Shown: positions 37,605-48,270, numbered from the stretch's first letter. The stretch is DNA of 64,000 bases from an uncultured Gammaproteobacteria bacterium (GCA_964641245.1 CAZXML010000003.1:17395-81394); one strand, 5' to 3'. Program-made: numbers and translations. Notes: generated by a model not told the origin, from the sequence alone.

Positions 37605-39671
37605 ATGAGCAAGTTCATGCTGGTTTGTGTGGTCGTGGCAGTGGCGTCTTTTTCTTCAGCGAAGGATGCGGCCGCGCAGGACACGGCCCCAACCAAGCTG
37701 ATGGTGGCTCCGTTCCAAAATACGGGGTATGTGCGCGGGCAGGACTACATGCAGTTGCAGTTTGCGGCCACGGTGGCCGAACGTTTGGAAGACGTTTCCG
37801 GCTACGAGGTGGCCGACGGACCGCTAGTTCTGACTGCGGATTTGGCCGAACTGGCCACCATTCGCAACAACAAGGGCAAGATGTCGGATTTCAACTTGGC
37901 CGAAGCCAATCGGCTGGCCATGTCACTCGGCGCTTCTGTTTTCATCACCGGCCGTTACAACGGAACGGAGGAAAAGTGGTCGCTCACCGCCGAAGTCTAC
38001 TCGGCCCAAACAAACGGCCCGCGCCTAATTGGTAGCGCCACGGTGCATGGCAGTCTCATGACCAAAATCATGGTTCGCAAGCGAGCCAGATACATCGTGG
38101 ACATTCGCGCCATTCACAACCTGCTTTCGCAAGCGGTGGCCGGTGCCATGCGCGATGCCGGGTTGCCGAATTGTGACCTGGTTCAAACGACTCTGGAAAC
38201 TCCGTCCACCAACGATTCATGGGCGTTCATCCAACTGGGTCTGGCCTACATCCGCTACTTTAACCCGCCGGACGTAAAGCATCATCGCAGTACTTTTGAA
38301 CTCGCAAAGTATGCGGTACTGGTGGATCCAAAGTATGCGGAAGCGCAACGGTTCTACTCGGTCATGCTGGAAAAGCGCGCCGAAGAAAAACCGGCGGACC
38401 GTGGAAAAATTCTGGGACTCGTCCGTCTGCATTACGAAATGTCGCTGGCCCTCCGGCCAAACGACACGCGTACTCTGATTCCGCTGGCGAAAGTGGAATT
38501 GCAGTCAAAAAACGAAGTCATCGCCAAGGAGTACCTGGTACGCGCGGTGACAATTCATCCCAAGGACCCGGAACCGCACTTCTGGCTGGCCAAGGTTTAC
38601 CTGAAGCTGGAAAACTCGGATGCGGCCATTGCCGAATTTGAGATTGTGCGCACTCTGTCCCCCGCCCGTCTGGACGCGCGGAGAGAATTGGTCCGGCTTT
38701 ACAATGTACGGCTTCGGTACCTGGACTCGGCCACGGAGCTTCGTGTTATCGTTGCCGCCGAACCAAGCGATTTGCAGGCGGCCTTTGCTCTGCCGGCAGT
38801 TCTGCGCGCAGCCGATGAAATTCATTTGGCCGTGCAAGCCTACACAGACGCGGAACAACGGTTCCCCAAAGAAAAACGGTTCGCCAAATTCCGCGCCGAT
38901 GTGGAGCGGAGAGAAGGCGGATTGTTCGTCTGGGTAGATGCAATTAACGAAGGCAAATATACCGTTGAGAACATCAACGATATCCGCGATATTTTTCAAC
39001 TGGCCGCCAACGATGCCGCTATGGACTTTAGCCTGAACGGCAAAGAAGCCTGCGTCAACGGCCGCGGCGCGTCATCTATGTTGCTGGCGCAAGAAAATGA
39101 ACGGGTTCACTTGGAGGAACTGCAAGCCTTGCGCGCGTACGCGAATACTATCAGAACGGTCATTAAGCAAGGCAACGACACCGCGTTCACCACCAACGAA
39201 CGCGACGATGCCGTAACTTTGCTGACCGCTCTGAAAACATCCGAACGCGACAGCCGCGAAATGCAAATGCAGACCGCCAAGACCATTCAATCGCTGATGC
39301 GGAAAAAGAGCTGCAAAGAAATTGGCCCGGACGTTCGCATGGCGACGGTTAACGAACTGGAAAAACGGAACCTAAATTGGCAAGTGGTATTGCCGCCCGT
39401 AAAGTCAAAATCGTACGTACTGGAGATTCCCACATCTTCGGTCCGGCCGATTCACTTATTCGTGAACAATAAGACCGGACATTCCAAATGTTATTTGTTC
39501 CTGGACGGCAAACAGTTAGGCGTTATTGCCGCCGGCCAAACGAATAAGGACTTTACCGTCAGTATCGGCAATCACACCTACTGCCTGGAAGAAAAAGCGG
39601 AAGACTGTGACAAGCCAGGAACTATCCGCCAGATGTTCTTTTCCGAAGGAATTATTTTGGAGAGAAAGTAG
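37605..39671 (+). CDS. Exported TPR-repeat protein (SD-led)
   Basis: AAGGAGG 8 nt before ATG; signal peptide ending AAA-Q; VAPFQN N-terminal domain; TPR-like DPKYAEA and HPKDPEPHFWLA. Confidence 0.75.
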   Translation: MSKFMLVCVVVAVASFSSAKDAAAQDTAPTKLMVAPFQNTGYVRGQDYMQLQFAATVAERLEDVSGYEVADGPLVLTADLAELATIRNNKGKMSDFNLAEANRLAMSLGASVFITGRYNGTEEKWSLTAEVYSAQTNGPRLIGSATVHGSLMTKIMVRKRARYIVDIRAIHNLLSQAVAGAMRDAGLPNCDLVQTTLETPSTNDSWAFIQLGLAYIRYFNPPDVKHHRSTFELAKYAVLVDPKYAEAQRFYSVMLEKRAEEKPADRGKILGLVRLHYEMSLALRPNDTRTLIPLAKVELQSKNEVIAKEYLVRAVTIHPKDPEPHFWLAKVYLKLENSDAAIAEFEIVRTLSPARLDARRELVRLYNVRLRYLDSATELRVIVAAEPSDLQAAFALPAVLRAADEIHLAVQAYTDAEQRFPKEKRFAKFRADVERREGGLFVWVDAINEGKYTVENINDIRDIFQLAANDAAMDFSLNGKEACVNGRGASSMLLAQENERVHLEELQALRAYANTIRTVIKQGNDTAFTTNERDDAVTLLTALKTSERDSREMQMQTAKTIQSLMRKKSCKEIGPDVRMATVNELEKRNLNWQVVLPPVKSKSYVLEIPTSSVRPIHLFVNNKTGHSKCYLFLDGKQLGVIAAGQTNKDFTVSIGNHTYCLEEKAEDCDKPGTIRQMFFSEGIILERK

Positions 39672-39725
39672 ATATTATAAATTAGACTACTCCCTTCCGA
39701 CGCATTTTGTCGGGGGGGAATTTTT

Positions 39726-40679
39726 TTATTTAGATATTTTTCGCTGTCTCGTTCTATTTTTTAGGTACCGCTCAACGGCTTCTTTTGAAGTTAACCAATC
39801 TCTGCCTTCTTTGTACGCTTCCAACTTTCCTTGCCTGGCAAGCAAGTTTAGATATTTTGCAGAAAATGGAGTTATTTTCGATATTTCAACCAGCGATACA
39901 AATTTTTCTTGTTTTGTAGTTGCCGGAGTTAAAGTTTTTAGATAAATATCAAGCGATCGCTCTATGGATTGAGCGATAAATTTTACTAGCGGTTCATATT
40001 TGCCTTTGTCCGCCTTATCCAGCACATCATAATATTTTTTTCGGTCGGTTTTCATAATGACCACTAATGGGTACCCGGCTTGCATCAAAAACAGATTCAT
40101 CGTCAAGCGCGCGGTTCGGCCATTGCCGTCAAAAAAAGGATGGATATGGACTAGTCTATGATGTAACAAAGCAGAAAGTTCAATAATATTCAACTTGTTT
40201 TTTTGTGAATTCAGCCAAATAATTAAATCCCTCATCAGATTAGGTATTTGTAATGCGTCCGAAGGAGTATGATCAGCGCCGCCAATAATTACATTGGCAT
40301 TTCTGTATCGGCCGGCCCACTCTTTGTCGGTCTCCTGCAAAATAATTTGGTGTAGATTTTTTATAAGCATTTCAGAAACAGTGTGCTTTTTGTCTTTATC
40401 TATCAAGTCATATAGATATTCCAGCGCGGCGTGGTGGTCTTTTGCCTCCAGATGATCTTTTAGGGGTTTTCCTTTCACCGTCAGACCCTCGTTTATGACC
40501 AAAAAAGTCTCCTTTAAAGTTAAAGAGTTGCCTTCAATAGCATTGGAGTTATATGTCATTTCGATTTGAAATTTTTCTCGAAGTTTTTGTACCGCAGATT
40601 TCGGTAACGGACGAAGTTTGTTAAGTTTGGCGAGTTTTTCTTCTAATCGAGCTTTTATGATTGGTGATAGGTAAGTCAT
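39726..40679 (-). CDS. Fic-domain protein with a C-terminal HTH
   Basis: HPFFDGNGRTAR; SNAIEGN inhibitory motif; YLNLLARQGKL-A-K-GRDW HTH. Confidence 0.93.
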   Translation of the reverse strand: MTYLSPIIKARLEEKLAKLNKLRPLPKSAVQKLREKFQIEMTYNSNAIEGNSLTLKETFLVINEGLTVKGKPLKDHLEAKDHHAALEYLYDLIDKDKKHTVSEMLIKNLHQIILQETDKEWAGRYRNANVIIGGADHTPSDALQIPNLMRDLIIWLNSQKNKLNIIELSALLHHRLVHIHPFFDGNGRTARLTMNLFLMQAGYPLVVIMKTDRKKYYDVLDKADKGKYEPLVKFIAQSIERSLDIYLKTLTPATTKQEKFVSLVEISKITPFSAKYLNLLARQGKLEAYKEGRDWLTSKEAVERYLKNRTRQRKISK

Positions 40680-40714
40680 ATAAAATGCTTAATATGGTTT
40701 AGTTAGATATTCAC

Positions 40715-40743
40715 AGTATACCATATTAAGGAATTGCGGTCAA
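40715..40743 (-). promoter_or_regulatory. fic promoter with overlapping inverted repeat
   Basis: TTGACC-17-TATACT; CTTAATATGGT (40688) / ACCATATTAAG (40720). Confidence 0.7.
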
Positions 40744-40881
40744 GTTTTATATTGATGCCTATCATAACACAAAAGACTGACGTTAAGCAAACCAGTCTCC
40801 ATTGACTTTTTTCCCTTTTTGGAGTAAAACTAGACTAGCTAATACTCTTTGACAATTGAACGAAAAAAAGGAGAAACGTCA

Positions 40882-43473
40882 ATGTGGAACAAGGTTCGGG
40901 CAGTAGTTTGGTTTTTTGTTATTGTAGCAATTACCTGCTGGATTTGGGACTGTTTTCAAACCACAATTTCACCTGGATTGGTGTGGATTACCCTGCCGAC
41001 GATAGAATTCGCCCGGTGGTCTTTCACCCTAAAGATCCCACCCCTGCCCTTCTACCCAGCCGCCATTTTCTTTTTGTCGGCAATCAGAGCCCGCCCGCCC
41101 TACTTCCGGGAAAACCCGAACATGATTCGGTTCTACCGGTTGCGAAATCTGTCATACGCGATATCAGTCGTGGTTACAACTCTCTTTGTGGTATCTCTCC
41201 AAAATAACATAATCGCCGACTACCATCAGGAACTCGCGGATGTGTTGGCGTTCAAACCGCCAATTTCCACCCGGGTCTATGACAGTACCGGATGGGAAGA
41301 AATCTGCCGGTTCAGTATGGAAGACCGCGACTACATTTCCATTGACGAAATTCCCCAAATTGTACGCTATGCGGTGGTGGCGGCCGAAGATCAGCGCTTT
41401 TACGAACACGACGGCGTTGATCCAATTGCCGTCATCCGGGCGGCGCGCAAAAATTACGAAAATGACCAAATCAAGCAGGGTGGTTCTACTATCACCCAGC
41501 AGGTCATCAAACTAAAGGTAATTAAGTCTAATGAGCAAACCAAGGCGCGCAAGATTCGGGAAGTGTTTCTGGCTACCAAGCTGGAACAAATGGCTTCCAA
41601 GGACAAAATCCTGGAAATCTACCTGAATCACGTTTATCTGGGACGCGCCTACGGCATCAAAGCCGCGGCCATGGCCTATTACGGCAAGAACGTAAAAGAC
41701 ATGACCATCGGCGAAGCCGCCTTTTTGGCCGGCATGCCCAAAGCGCCATCCAACTTTTCTCCTTCTATGAACTTTGCCCGCGGCAAAGAACGGCAAGCCT
41801 ATGTGCTGGGCCGGATGCGCGAGCAGGGTTTCATTACTGAAGAAGAGATGCGGACGGCGCTCCATGAAGCGACAGTTGTAATTAACAATCAGCGTCCGCT
41901 GAACCGAACCTCCGCCCCCTACTTCTGCGAGCACCTGCGTCAACAATTAGAGCGGGAATATGGTCAGGACCTGATATACAAAAAGGGACTGGTTGTTTTC
42001 ACCACTCTAAATATGAAGATGCAACGCGCCGCCGAAGCCGCGGTCCAAAACGGACTAGTGGATTTGGAACGCCGGCTTGGCTTCAACGGTCCGGAAGGAC
42101 ACGATGAAGCTTTTACCGGTGTCTGTGATTCTATTGGCGAAGATGTTGCTGACGGCAGTTTTGAGAACGCGCAAGTGGTCTCAAACACCGGCGACAAAAT
42201 CATGGTCTGCGCGCGCGGAAACGTTTTCCCGATGTATCAGGAAGATGTAAAGCATATTCAGACATGGGAAAAAAATACCGACAGCCAATTGGTTGCCGGC
42301 GACAACATGACGGTACGAATTATTACTGTTGCAGAGAAAGTGCTGAAGAAGAAAAAGGAAACTCACGAAGTCCGCTACGCCATTTCGGCGCGCCGGACCG
42401 GCGGGGCCAATAACGCGGAAGCTCTGCAGGCGGCCATGGTGGTGGTTGATCCAAAAAACGGCGCCCTACTGGCGCTGATTGGCGGATACGACTACAACGA
42501 AAACCAATTCAACATGGCCATTCAGGCAAAACGCCAGCCCGGATCGTCGGTCAAGATATATTTCTACCTGGCCGCGCTGATGCACGGTAAAACGGTAACC
42601 GATATCGTAAACGATCACGCTGTTTGTTACCCGTCCGCATCCGGAATTTGGTGTCCGACAAACTACGTCGGCCCAAACACTAAGAATCAATATATGGGAG
42701 CGGTCGACCTTCGCACCGCCCTGGCCAAATCGCTCAACTCCATCTCGGTGCAATTGCTTCACGAGGTTGGAGTGGATGAAGGCATCCGGACAATGCGCAA
42801 GCTGGGAATTACCTCGCCCATTGAACGGGTTCTGCCCATTGCGGTTGGCGCTATCGACATTACACCATGGGAGCACACTTACGGATACGCAACGGTAGCG
42901 GCACAAGGCCGTAAAATGCCACACCAGTGTTATCATCCGGGCCAAAAAGTCTGCGATGCCAATTCCGGTGTGTTTATTCTGAAAGTATTGAACGCGGCTA
43001 ACGGAGAAGTAATTTACGAATACGTTCCGCCAAAACCGGAACAAGCCGTCCCCGCCGCCGACGCCTACACCATGACTTATCTGATGGAAGGCGTGGTGCA
43101 ATTCGGCACCGGACGCAAGGCGCAGGAACTGCAAAGACCGGTGGCCGGAAAAACCGGCACCACCAATGAATTCAAGGACACTTGGTTCATGGGTTTCACC
43201 ACCGACGTGGTGGTGGGAGTCTGGGTTGGACGACAGCGTCCGATTACGATTGCCAAAGAGGCAACCGGCGGTACCGTGGCTCTGCCCATCTGGCTGGCCT
43301 TCATGAAAGAGGCTCATCCGGACACGCCGGCCCGCGAGTTCCCGGTTCCCAACGACATCATATTTGTAGCCGACCCGGACGGCAAGCTCATTCCCTACCG
43401 GCGCGGAACAGTTCCCGCCAAAAACCTAAGCAGTACAACTACTCCGATAGTTATTGAATCAAACGAATTCTAA
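40882..43473 (+). CDS. Class A penicillin-binding protein (PBP1A family) with an extra N-terminal TM segment (SD-led)
   Basis: EDQRFYEHDG, GGSTITQQ, RKIRE, QPGSSVK, SLN, GKTGT; AAGGAG 8 nt before ATG. Confidence 0.93.
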   Translation: MWNKVRAVVWFFVIVAITCWIWDCFQTTISPGLVWITLPTIEFARWSFTLKIPPLPFYPAAIFFLSAIRARPPYFRENPNMIRFYRLRNLSYAISVVVTTLFVVSLQNNIIADYHQELADVLAFKPPISTRVYDSTGWEEICRFSMEDRDYISIDEIPQIVRYAVVAAEDQRFYEHDGVDPIAVIRAARKNYENDQIKQGGSTITQQVIKLKVIKSNEQTKARKIREVFLATKLEQMASKDKILEIYLNHVYLGRAYGIKAAAMAYYGKNVKDMTIGEAAFLAGMPKAPSNFSPSMNFARGKERQAYVLGRMREQGFITEEEMRTALHEATVVINNQRPLNRTSAPYFCEHLRQQLEREYGQDLIYKKGLVVFTTLNMKMQRAAEAAVQNGLVDLERRLGFNGPEGHDEAFTGVCDSIGEDVADGSFENAQVVSNTGDKIMVCARGNVFPMYQEDVKHIQTWEKNTDSQLVAGDNMTVRIITVAEKVLKKKKETHEVRYAISARRTGGANNAEALQAAMVVVDPKNGALLALIGGYDYNENQFNMAIQAKRQPGSSVKIYFYLAALMHGKTVTDIVNDHAVCYPSASGIWCPTNYVGPNTKNQYMGAVDLRTALAKSLNSISVQLLHEVGVDEGIRTMRKLGITSPIERVLPIAVGAIDITPWEHTYGYATVAAQGRKMPHQCYHPGQKVCDANSGVFILKVLNAANGEVIYEYVPPKPEQAVPAADAYTMTYLMEGVVQFGTGRKAQELQRPVAGKTGTTNEFKDTWFMGFTTDVVVGVWVGRQRPITIAKEATGGTVALPIWLAFMKEAHPDTPAREFPVPNDIIFVADPDGKLIPYRRGTVPAKNLSSTTTPIVIESNEF

Positions 43474-43477
43474 CCTT

Positions 43478-43517
43478 CCCCTCCGTTAGCGCAGTGCTGG
43501 CGGAGGGGTTTTTTTTA
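43478..43517 (+). terminator. Intrinsic terminator
   Basis: CCCCTCCGTTAGC/GCTGGCGGAGGGG plus T-run. Confidence 0.8.
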
Positions 43518-43526
43518 TACTTCGTC

Positions 43527-43628
43527 GTTCCTCCCCCTTTTAGGGGGAGGGCAGGGTGGGGGTATTTGTTCGTGGTACAACCGCCGATATACCCCTCTCT
43601 CTATCTCTCCCCTAAAAGGGGAGAGAAC
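43527..43628. repeat. Family B doublet, arms in swapped order
   Basis: CCTCCCCCT-TTT-AGGGGGAGG-GCAGGGTGGGGGTA...TACCCCTCTCTCTATCTCTCCCCT-AAA-AGGGGAGAGA. Confidence 0.88.
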
Positions 43629-43652
43629 CCCACCGAGTCCAGTCGGCTCTTA

Positions 43653-43681
43653 TTGACAACCAAAACAAATAATGCTACACT
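43653..43681 (+). promoter_or_regulatory. rpmE promoter
   Basis: TTGACA-17-TACACT with extended TG. Confidence 0.75.
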
Positions 43682-43713
43682 TTAGGCACTAATTACGCTT
43701 TACCTCATTCTTT

Positions 43714-43777
43714 TATAATTGTAACGAAGAGAGAGAAAAGGTCGCTCGTGACCTTTTCCGAACGAGTTGCAATTATA
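43714..43777 (-). repeat. Family E-like element in the rpmE leader
   Basis: Closing stem TATAATTG-AAC/GTTGCAATTATA; minus strand TCGTTCGG, hairpin, CTCTCTCT. Confidence 0.65.
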
Positions 43778-43794
43778 TGAAATCTTAATTTCAT

Positions 43795-44100
43795 ATGCAG
43801 AAAAAAATACATCCGGAATACAACAATGACACAGAGGTTTCATGCGCTTGCGGCAATAAATTTATTACCGGCAGTACCATGAAGACCATCCGCGTGGAAC
43901 TTTGCAACAAGTGCCATCCTTTTTATACCGGCAAACAAAAATTTGTAGACACTGCCCGCCGTGTAGAAAAATTCCAAGAACGCACCGACAAGAAAACTGC
44001 CGCTTCCGCTGTCCGCAAAGGCAAGAAAGTAAAGAAAGCAGCCACAGCTGTAAAGAAGACCGCCAAGAAAGCGGAGAAAAAAGAAAAATCCAAAGCTTAG
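43795..44100 (+). CDS. rpmE: 50S ribosomal protein L31 (4-Cys type) with a Lys/Ala tail
   Basis: [29 protein letters not shown]. Confidence 0.97.
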   Translation: MQKKIHPEYNNDTEVSCACGNKFITGSTMKTIRVELCNKCHPFYTGKQKFVDTARRVEKFQERTDKKTAASAVRKGKKVKKAATAVKKTAKKAEKKEKSKA

Positions 44101-44243
44101 CTTTATCAAATTTAAAAAACAGACTACAATATCTTCGGGTTGAGTCTGTTTTTTAGTAAATAGCAATAAACAATGAACAAAAAGCAACCGACCGTTTAAT
44201 TTGTTAATTGTTAATTGCTAATTGTTAGTTGCTAATTAATCCT

Positions 44244-45323
44244 ATGAACAACAAATATAAAGATCTACAATCCAAATTCGCCAAGCTGGAAGCCGATTTG
44301 CAAAATCCGGTTGTGCTTGGTGATTCCAGAAAAGTAAAAGAAGTTGCCCAGGAATATAATGAATTAAAACCGGCCATGGAAAAAATAAAAGAACTGGCCG
44401 GAGTGGAAAACAGCATCGCGGAAACGGAACTGATTATAAAAGGCAATGATGAAGAAATGAAAGAAATGGCCACTGCAGAAATTGATGATTTAGAAATTAA
44501 GAAATTAAATTTAGAAAAAGAGCTGGACGAAATGACCCGTCCGCAGGATCCGTTTGATAAAAAAAATGTGATTGTGGAAATACGCGCCGGCGTGGGTGGA
44601 GATGAGTCCGCTCTTTTTGCCGCGGATTTGTACCGCATGTACAGCCGTTATGCCGAAAATAAAGGCTGGAAAGTAAACACGCTGGATTCAAACAAAATCG
44701 GCATCGGCGGTTTCAAAGAAATTATATTTTCCATAAAAGGCAAGAACGTCTACAAAGATTTAAAATATGAAATGGGCGTGCACCGCGTGCAAAGAGTTCC
44801 GGACACGGAAAAAGCCGGACGCATTCATACCTCCACCGCCACGGTAGCTGTGATGCCGGAAATAGAAGAAACCGAATTTAAAATTGATCCAAAAGATTTG
44901 CGCATAGACACTATGACAGCCGGCGGACACGGCGGTCAAAGCGTGAACACCACTTACTCTGCCGTGCGCCTTGTGTATATTCCAACCGGCATGATCGTGC
45001 AGTGCCAAGACGAACGTTCACAAACCGCCAACCGCGAAAAAGCCATGGCCGTAATGCGCTCCCGCTTGTTTGCCATAGAACAGGAAAGAAAAATGAAAGA
45101 ACTGACCGAAAAAAGGCGCGCCCAAATTGGCAGCGGCGACAGAAGCGAAAAAATCCGCACCTACAATTTCCCTCAAGATCGCATTACCGACCACCGCATT
45201 CACCAAAGCTGGAACAGCATCCCCCGAATTTTAGACGGCGAACTAGAACCGATTATTTTGGCCGTGCGCGCGGCGGATTACGCGGGGTTGGATTATTCCG
45301 GCACGGATGAAGACGAAGAATAA
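44244..45323 (+). CDS. prfA: Peptide chain release factor 1
   Basis: [10 protein letters not shown] (PxT), [15 protein letters not shown]. Confidence 0.97.
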   Translation: MNNKYKDLQSKFAKLEADLQNPVVLGDSRKVKEVAQEYNELKPAMEKIKELAGVENSIAETELIIKGNDEEMKEMATAEIDDLEIKKLNLEKELDEMTRPQDPFDKKNVIVEIRAGVGGDESALFAADLYRMYSRYAENKGWKVNTLDSNKIGIGGFKEIIFSIKGKNVYKDLKYEMGVHRVQRVPDTEKAGRIHTSTATVAVMPEIEETEFKIDPKDLRIDTMTAGGHGGQSVNTTYSAVRLVYIPTGMIVQCQDERSQTANREKAMAVMRSRLFAIEQERKMKELTEKRRAQIGSGDRSEKIRTYNFPQDRITDHRIHQSWNSIPRILDGELEPIILAVRAADYAGLDYSGTDEDEE

Positions 45324-46182
45324 TATGTTGGATTTTGATTTGCTAAAGGCGCATGCCATAAAAAAACCAAAAGAATTTTTATACTCTCATCCCGAATATC
45401 GTTTATCAGTTTGGCAAAAACTGCGTTTAAAATATTTTCTCTCCCTGCGCAAAAAGGGCTATTCCGTAGCCGTCATTACCAAGCATAAAGAATTTTACGG
45501 CTTGGATTTTTTTGTGAATAAACACGTTTTAATCCCCCGCCCCGACACCGAGTTGATGGTGGCAGAAGCGATCGAAGAAATTAAAAAAAATGATAAGATA
45601 ATTTTAGTTGATGTTGGTACCGGAAGCGGGTGCATACCAATTTCTATTTTAAAAAATATACCAAACCAAATACAAACATTTGCGACCGATATTTCGAACG
45701 CGGCTTTGCGAGTAGCGAAAAAAAATGCCCGAATACATAATGTGAACATTAAATTTTTCCACGGTAACTTGCTTGAACCAATTTTCAAAAACCCCTCTCT
45801 CTGTCTCTCCCCTTATAGGGGAGAGAGGAACGAACTCCTCTCTGTAGTTCCCTCCCCTATAAGGGGAGGGGCGAAGGGTGGGGTTTTCATCACCGCCAAC
45901 CTCCCCTACCTTACCAAACAACAATTTCAATCCGAACCGAGCATTCAAAAAGAACCAAAAATCGCACTCACGGCAAAAAATAACGGCTTGGCTTTATACG
46001 AAGAATTATTTAATCAAATAAAAAATGCCGGTCTGACAGCAACTATACTTACAGAAATCGACCCTTCTCAAACCGATGCAATCTCCCAACTTATAAACCA
46101 ATATCTTCCCGGCTCAAAAATTGAAATAAAAAAAGACCTCGCCGGGCGAGATCGTTTAGTAAAAATTGTCATGTCATCCTGA
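45307..46182 (+). CDS. prmC: Release factor glutamine methyltransferase with an in-frame repeat insert
   Basis: [21 protein letters not shown]; follows prfA. Confidence 0.93.
   Translation: MKTKNNMLDFDLLKAHAIKKPKEFLYSHPEYRLSVWQKLRLKYFLSLRKKGYSVAVITKHKEFYGLDFFVNKHVLIPRPDTELMVAEAIEEIKKNDKIILVDVGTGSGCIPISILKNIPNQIQTFATDISNAALRVAKKNARIHNVNIKFFHGNLLEPIFKNPSLCLSPYRGERNELLSVVPSPIRGGAKGGVFITANLPYLTKQQFQSEPSIQKEPKIALTAKNNGLALYEELFNQIKNAGLTATILTEIDPSQTDAISQLINQYLPGSKIEIKKDLAGRDRLVKIVMSS
45788..45887. repeat. Family B doublet in frame in prmC
   Basis: AAAACCCCTC...TCTCCCC-TTATA-GGGGAGA...CCCTCCCC-TATAA-GGGGAGGG...GGGGTTTT. Confidence 0.9.
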
Positions 46183-46237
46183 ACTTGTTTCAGGATCTGT
46201 CACCAACCAAAGATGCTGAAATAAATTCAGCATGACA
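46172..46237. repeat. Family A doublet supplying the prmC stop; preceded by a duplicated TGTCA
   Basis: TGTCA-TGTCATCCTGAACTTGTTTCAGGATCT...AGATGCTGAAATAAATTCAGCATGACA. Confidence 0.95.
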
Positions 46238-46243
46238 ATTGAT

Positions 46244-47323
46244 TTAATTCGTCACCAAAACATTAACATTGGCCGGCACCACTTCCACCCACGTATTGCC
46301 GGGAATTAAAACTACTTCTCTCCCTATGGGAGATCCCCCGGAGGGGGATTTTTCATAAGTGTAAAATCTGGTGCGGGCGGTAAGTGAACTTTTCTTCCAG
46401 GTTCCATAAATAACCGCGCCTTTCTTTAAAATTATCGCCTCACCGCTACCAACAGTGGTAACATCCACTCGCCCCTTATCGTCGCCATTTATTTCTCTTA
46501 CGCCGGTAATTTGCACTAAAATATTCCGCGCCCGAACCTCGGACCCGTCTTTGTCTGTTTCTTTAATACCATTTCTGGCGCGGCTGTAATTTAAATTTTT
46601 GGCGTCATACGTCCAAACGACTTCGTAACTTTCGCTAAAAGGAATTTTTAACCCGCCTTTTTTACCAATTGTCTGCCCCACCAAACGGGAATACTTCCAG
46701 GCTTTGTCCGCGGTAAACAAAGAACTTTTGTTGCCGTATTTATTAATAATTTCTAACCAATTACCATTTCCGGTATAAAGATTGTGCGGCGCCGGCCGTT
46801 CTTGGCTTCTATTGTAATACTGTCCCCAAAAAAATTCGTTGGCATCAAAAATATTTCTTACTTTAATTAAATTTAAAGCTTCCGGCGAACCGCCCGAGTG
46901 CATATATAATCCCCGGCCGTATTCCTGCATCCAGTCCAAAAAGTAAGCACGGGCGCTGCGCACCGGGCCGACTTCCGCCACCGCTTGCTTACTGTCAAAA
47001 ATAGCCAGGTAGCGGGTAAGGCCGCCTTCTACCGGCGCTTCGTAAACTATTTTGGCTTTGGAAACTCCGGATTCCAGACGAGCGTCTGGATGATTGTCTA
47101 CCATTACTCCCACCACCTGCAAAACTGAATCTACTTTTTTATTCACCGCTTTTCCGTCTAACGGATTTACATATTTAACGGCGGTGATTGTAAAATCGTT
47201 ATTGCTTATAGCCTGCAATGATTCTTTGGAAGGATATAAATAAAAAAACACCACCCCAATTCCGATTACGGAAATTAGAATTAAAACAATGATTGGCGGA
47301 ATTGGCCAGGGCTTACGCTTCAT
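46244..47323 (-). CDS. DUF3048 (YerB-like) exported protein
   Basis: VMVDNHPDAR, VYEAPVEGGLTR, GPVRSAR, HSGGS, APHNLY, PGNTWVE. Confidence 0.88.
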   Translation of the reverse strand: MKRKPWPIPPIIVLILISVIGIGVVFFYLYPSKESLQAISNNDFTITAVKYVNPLDGKAVNKKVDSVLQVVGVMVDNHPDARLESGVSKAKIVYEAPVEGGLTRYLAIFDSKQAVAEVGPVRSARAYFLDWMQEYGRGLYMHSGGSPEALNLIKVRNIFDANEFFWGQYYNRSQERPAPHNLYTGNGNWLEIINKYGNKSSLFTADKAWKYSRLVGQTIGKKGGLKIPFSESYEVVWTYDAKNLNYSRARNGIKETDKDGSEVRARNILVQITGVREINGDDKGRVDVTTVGSGEAIILKKGAVIYGTWKKSSLTARTRFYTYEKSPSGGSPIGREVVLIPGNTWVEVVPANVNVLVTN

Positions 47324-47334
47324 AATTATAAAGC

Positions 47335-47419
47335 TGTCATCCTGAACTTGTTTCAGGATCTTCGTTATTGTTCCGTAGATGCTGAAACAAGTAGATCCTG
47401 AAACAAGTTCAGGATGACA
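47335..47419. repeat. Family A doublet with an extra truncated internal arm
   Basis: ...AGATGCTGAAACAAGT-AGATCCTGAAACAAGTTCAGGATGACA. Confidence 0.93.
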
Positions 47420-47477
47420 TTAAGAAAACAGACTATACAATTTATAGTATAGCCTGTTTTTAAAATTTATTAAAGGT

Positions 47478-48197
47478 TTATTTCTTTTCCTCTTTCTTTT
47501 CTTCCTTCTTAGCTCCGGCTTCCGGTTTAGCGGCGCCTTCAGCGGCAGCTCCTTCTGCGCCCTCTTCTTCTTTCTTCTTGCCGGCAGATTCAATCTTGCT
47601 TAAGTCAACCGGTTTGGAAGCTGTTTCCATGGCCTTAATTTCATCTTCGGTTAAGGCGGCGGTGGCTTTGGCGATTAAATCTTCAGCATGAGGACTGGTG
47701 ATGGTGATTCCGGCCGGTACAACCAAATCTTTAATTTTGATAACATCGTCGAATGTTTTTAAAGCGGTCAAATCAACATCGATGTGGGAAACCAAATCTT
47801 TCGGCAAACATTTTACTTCCACATTTTCCACACTGCGCATTAAAGTTCCGCCTTGAGCTTTAATAACCGATGATTCGCCCACAAAGCGTAACTCTACCGT
47901 AGCAGTCATAACTTTGTTCATGTCGATACGGCGCAAGTCAACGTGCACAATGCGGTCGGAAACCGGATCGTACTGAATATCCTGAATCAAAACTTTTCCG
48001 TCGGCTTTGTCGCCCAAAAGCAAATCAATCAAACTGGCCTCGCCGGCTTCGGCGTAAAGTTTTACAAACTCATCATGATTTAAAGCAACGGAAGTGGCCG
48101 GCGCGCCCATACCGTAAACTACGGCCGGGATAAGGGTCTTGGTGCGCATTTTTTGTCCTTGTTCTGTTCTGGCGGTGGCGGATATTTTGAGGGACAT
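47478..48197 (-). CDS. rplY: 50S ribosomal protein L25/Ctc
   Basis: IPAVVYG, IQYDPV-HVD, GG-L, CLP. Confidence 0.95.
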   Translation of the reverse strand: MSLKISATARTEQGQKMRTKTLIPAVVYGMGAPATSVALNHDEFVKLYAEAGEASLIDLLLGDKADGKVLIQDIQYDPVSDRIVHVDLRRIDMNKVMTATVELRFVGESSVIKAQGGTLMRSVENVEVKCLPKDLVSHIDVDLTALKTFDDVIKIKDLVVPAGITITSPHAEDLIAKATAALTEDEIKAMETASKPVDLSKIESAGKKKEEEGAEGAAAEGAAKPEAGAKKEEKKEEKK

Positions 48198-48212
48198 ATG
48201 ATAATATTATTT

Positions 48213-48270
48213 TGTCATGCTGAATTTATTTCAGCATCTACGTAGATCCTGAAACTAGTTCAGGATGACA
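48213..48270. repeat. Family A doublet supplying the stop of the upstream ORF
   Basis: TGTCATGCTGAATTTATTTCAGCATCT-ACGT-AGATCCTGAAACTAGTTCAGGATGACA. Confidence 0.95.

Noticed and set aside
42466-43317. 283-aa minus-strand ORF and other antisense ORFs in the track
   Set aside because: Shadows of well-supported genes on the opposite strand.
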